Of a DNA stretch of 64,000 nucleotides, positions 61,739 through 64,000 are shown piece by piece. The stretch's first letter is position 1. Each line of letters opens with the position of its first letter. Made by a program: the position numbers and the translations under genes. The notes below the pieces were generated by a model. The model saw nothing but the letters and a program-made list of their open reading frames with translations, ran no database searches and was not told where the DNA came from. The stretch is from Marispirochaeta sp. (GTDB taxonomy: Bacteria; Spirochaetota; Spirochaetia; JC444; Marispirochaetaceae), in NCBI GenBank assembly GCA_963676835.2, contig CAXXFF010000002.1, positions 128,001-192,000 on the forward strand. Direction: 5' to 3'.

Positions 61739-63307
61739 TTAGCGGACTATGTTCCTGCTTTCATCGCTGCGTCGTGAGGGGTAGGGATTCACCTTGTCGA
61801 AGCGGTATCCCCGGGCATAATAATCACCGGCGGGATTGATTACCCGCACTTCGAAGTGCAGATGCGGCCCGGTGGAGGCTCCGGTGGAGCCGATATCTCC
61901 CAGCTTGCGGTTGGCAGCAATATGCTGCCCCACCAGCACAGAGGGCCGTCCTTTAAGGTGGGCATAAAATGTTGTCCAGCCGGTGGCATCGGGATACCTG
62001 GCCACTATTTCGTCGGTCAATTCATGCCGGACTTCCACAGTCCAGCCGTATCTCTCATCATACTTTACGGTCTTTACTTCACCATCAGCTACGGAAACTA
62101 CATCTCCTGCGGGGTTTCCATCCCGGATAATCTCACCGGCATAATTGATAAGACTGATATTGGCTACATTCATAATATCGATGGCATAGTGAGGCTGAAC
62201 ACCGCCGGATCCAAGGGGATCGACCCGTTTATCCATAAAACTGGAGGTTATACGGAATCCCCGGCCGTCATTCTCCTTGCCGGTAATTTTGACAGGATAG
62301 ACCATACTGTCGAACACCGGTTTATAGAGAGAGAAAGGCGTTATCTTTTCCTGGCTGGTAGCCAGCAGAATACGGGCCTGATATTCTTCGCTGGGCAGCT
62401 TGGACATCTCATAAATGATCTCTCCATAACTGGCAGCTTCCAGAATATTGGCGGCGATAAGCTTGTAGGACTCTTTTCTGGCCGGAAGCCGGTAAGTCAG
62501 CTCCTCTGCAAGACGAAGAACATTGATATAGGCCTGCTTGCGGCTGAATTCAAAATCACGCTCCGTGTTGGCCAGTGAATCCTTGAGAATCCGCAGATCG
62601 AAATCGGCATCGGAGATAAACTGCTGAATATCCTGAAACTGCTCCTCGGACTGATTCTGATACCGGGTAATGGTATTATCTATCTCTTTTTTAACCCTGG
62701 TGAGGGACGTCAGCCGAACAGAAGAGAAGAGAGTCAGACCGACAAGCAGAAGTATCCCTGCCGCAAAGGTAGAGTATGCGAGCAGATGGGTTCTGTGGGA
62801 ACGGACAAGGGTACGGAAGACCGATTCACCACCCTCAAGATCTACCTCAAGCTCCTTACCGGAAGCCCCTATCTCTTCGGTATAATAAAATCTTGACGGA
62901 GATATACCCTTGTACAGGGCATCAAGTTTCAGATCCAGGTCATACAGTTCCGGAAGGAGATCCTGAAGAAAGATCTGCTTTCCGTTCCGTTCCACATTGG
63001 CAGCTTCCCAGATTCCGTGGCGGTGGAAAGTCCAGGTACGGAACATCCGTCCTACCCCTTCCAGATTCTTTACCATCTCCTGAAACAGGAGGGTCTGGTC
63101 ATCGAGACGGGACACAACTACAAAATAGCTCCCTCTGTCGCCTCTGGAAATCCTGCAGGGTACAGCAGGAGAGGTATATGAGGTGCCGAAACCGAGGCGT
63201 CGCATGGAAAACTCAATTACCCGTGCGACTAATGCATTTCTGGTTGCCTGTTTATCCTTCTTCATCAATTCCAACCGCCGCAACCGGCGTCCTTCCCTTA
63301 AAAACAA
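61739..63307 (-). CDS. Membrane-anchored M23 metallopeptidase
   Basis: HYAID, YAHL, STGPHLHFEV; internal TM then coiled coil; start uncertain. Confidence 0.85.
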   Translation of the reverse strand: MFLREGRRLRRLELMKKDKQATRNALVARVIEFSMRRLGFGTSYTSPAVPCRISRGDRGSYFVVVSRLDDQTLLFQEMVKNLEGVGRMFRTWTFHRHGIWEAANVERNGKQIFLQDLLPELYDLDLKLDALYKGISPSRFYYTEEIGASGKELEVDLEGGESVFRTLVRSHRTHLLAYSTFAAGILLLVGLTLFSSVRLTSLTRVKKEIDNTITRYQNQSEEQFQDIQQFISDADFDLRILKDSLANTERDFEFSRKQAYINVLRLAEELTYRLPARKESYKLIAANILEAASYGEIIYEMSKLPSEEYQARILLATSQEKITPFSLYKPVFDSMVYPVKITGKENDGRGFRITSSFMDKRVDPLGSGGVQPHYAIDIMNVANISLINYAGEIIRDGNPAGDVVSVADGEVKTVKYDERYGWTVEVRHELTDEIVARYPDATGWTTFYAHLKGRPSVLVGQHIAANRKLGDIGSTGASTGPHLHFEVRVINPAGDYYARGYRFDKVNPYPSRRSDESRNIVR

Positions 63308-63514
63308 GAGCTCCTGATGCGTTTTTTACCTTCGGGTAGTACTAAGTATGTTCTCTTTGAATGGTAGGCATAATACGGCAATGATGCAAATATTTCAAGA
63401 CAGCAACCCGCCCCCTCCATGCGGGACAGCATATAAAAGCCTGAACTATTGTACAGGGCAGGAATCTCGGGTAGTTTTTAGATATCCAGCAGAATCAGCA
63501 AAAAAGGAGCTGAA

Positions 63515-63859
63515 ATGATCGTTAAACCAGAAGATATGGAAGTTCAGAAAATTGAAGCCATGCGGGGCGGTCCCGGAACCGTGGAGATCCGCCACCTTAT
63601 CCCTTCAGACAAGGTTCCCCATGGACGCATGATGGCCTACGTAACCCTGCCGGTGGGCGCCGGAATCGGTCAGCATGAACACATAGACGAGACCGAATTC
63701 TATATTATCGCCGAGGGCGAGGGAACCGTGGAAGATAACGGCACCCCCGTATCGGTAAAAGCCGGCGATGTAGTTGTAACCCCCAATGGGAACAGCCACA
63801 ACATTACCAATACCGGTTCTATTCCTCTTGTAATGTACGCAGTGATTCTTTTCGATTAG
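63515..63859 (+). CDS. Cupin domain protein
   Basis: IGQHEH..E.Y.I..GEG...GD......H. Confidence 0.9.
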   Translation: MIVKPEDMEVQKIEAMRGGPGTVEIRHLIPSDKVPHGRMMAYVTLPVGAGIGQHEHIDETEFYIIAEGEGTVEDNGTPVSVKAGDVVVTPNGNSHNITNTGSIPLVMYAVILFD

Positions 63860-63999
63860 ACCGCAGAGGCTATACGCTCCAGGCCCTCTTCCAGGAGGGC
63901 CCGGGGGCAGCCGAAATTAAGACGCATATGCCCCTCTCCGCCTTCACCGAAACTGACACCGGGATTAAGTCCCACCAGTGCTTTTTCCGCAAAAAATCT
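63856..63999 (-). CDS. patB: MalY/PatB PLP-dependent cystathionine beta-lyase, C-terminal fragment
   Basis: Minus strand reads ..KALVGLNPGVSFGEGGEGHMRLNFGCPRALLEEGLERIASAV*; runs off the window. Confidence 0.8.
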   Translation of the reverse strand, partial: RFFAEKALVGLNPGVSFGEGGEGHMRLNFGCPRALLEEGLERIASAV

Positions 64000-64000
64000 T

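Overview
Gene-dense bacterial chromosomal window of about 59 CDSs. I found no rRNA, tRNA, IS element, prophage or CRISPR array. Overall gene content and the 'xAGNKE' N-terminus of a binding protein suggest a free-living anaerobic spirochaete (Spirochaetia); this is inference only. Housekeeping genes: tsaC/sua5, trxB, trkAH, groESL, ferritin, add, rlmE, apbE, topA and a partial patB. Signalling genes: an MCP, two GGDEF-EAL proteins, hybrid kinases and a partner-switching operon. Most notable: (1) a ~1620-aa GH13 amylase-like plus GT5 glycogen-synthase fusion with intact catalytic motifs; (2) an Arn-like lipid-linked surface-modification locus (SMR pair, GT2, ATP-grasp, GT-C) interleaved with two NitT/TauT ABC importers; (3) an adjacent sulfane-sulfur module (YeeE, CoADR-rhodanese, two rhodanese lipoproteins); (4) a consensus sigma54 promoter and candidate enhancer upstream of groESL; (5) a transaldolase-like pseudoenzyme; (6) a gammaproteobacterial-type TopA; (7) several apparently leaderless genes. 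All family calls come from motif recognition by eye, not database searches.
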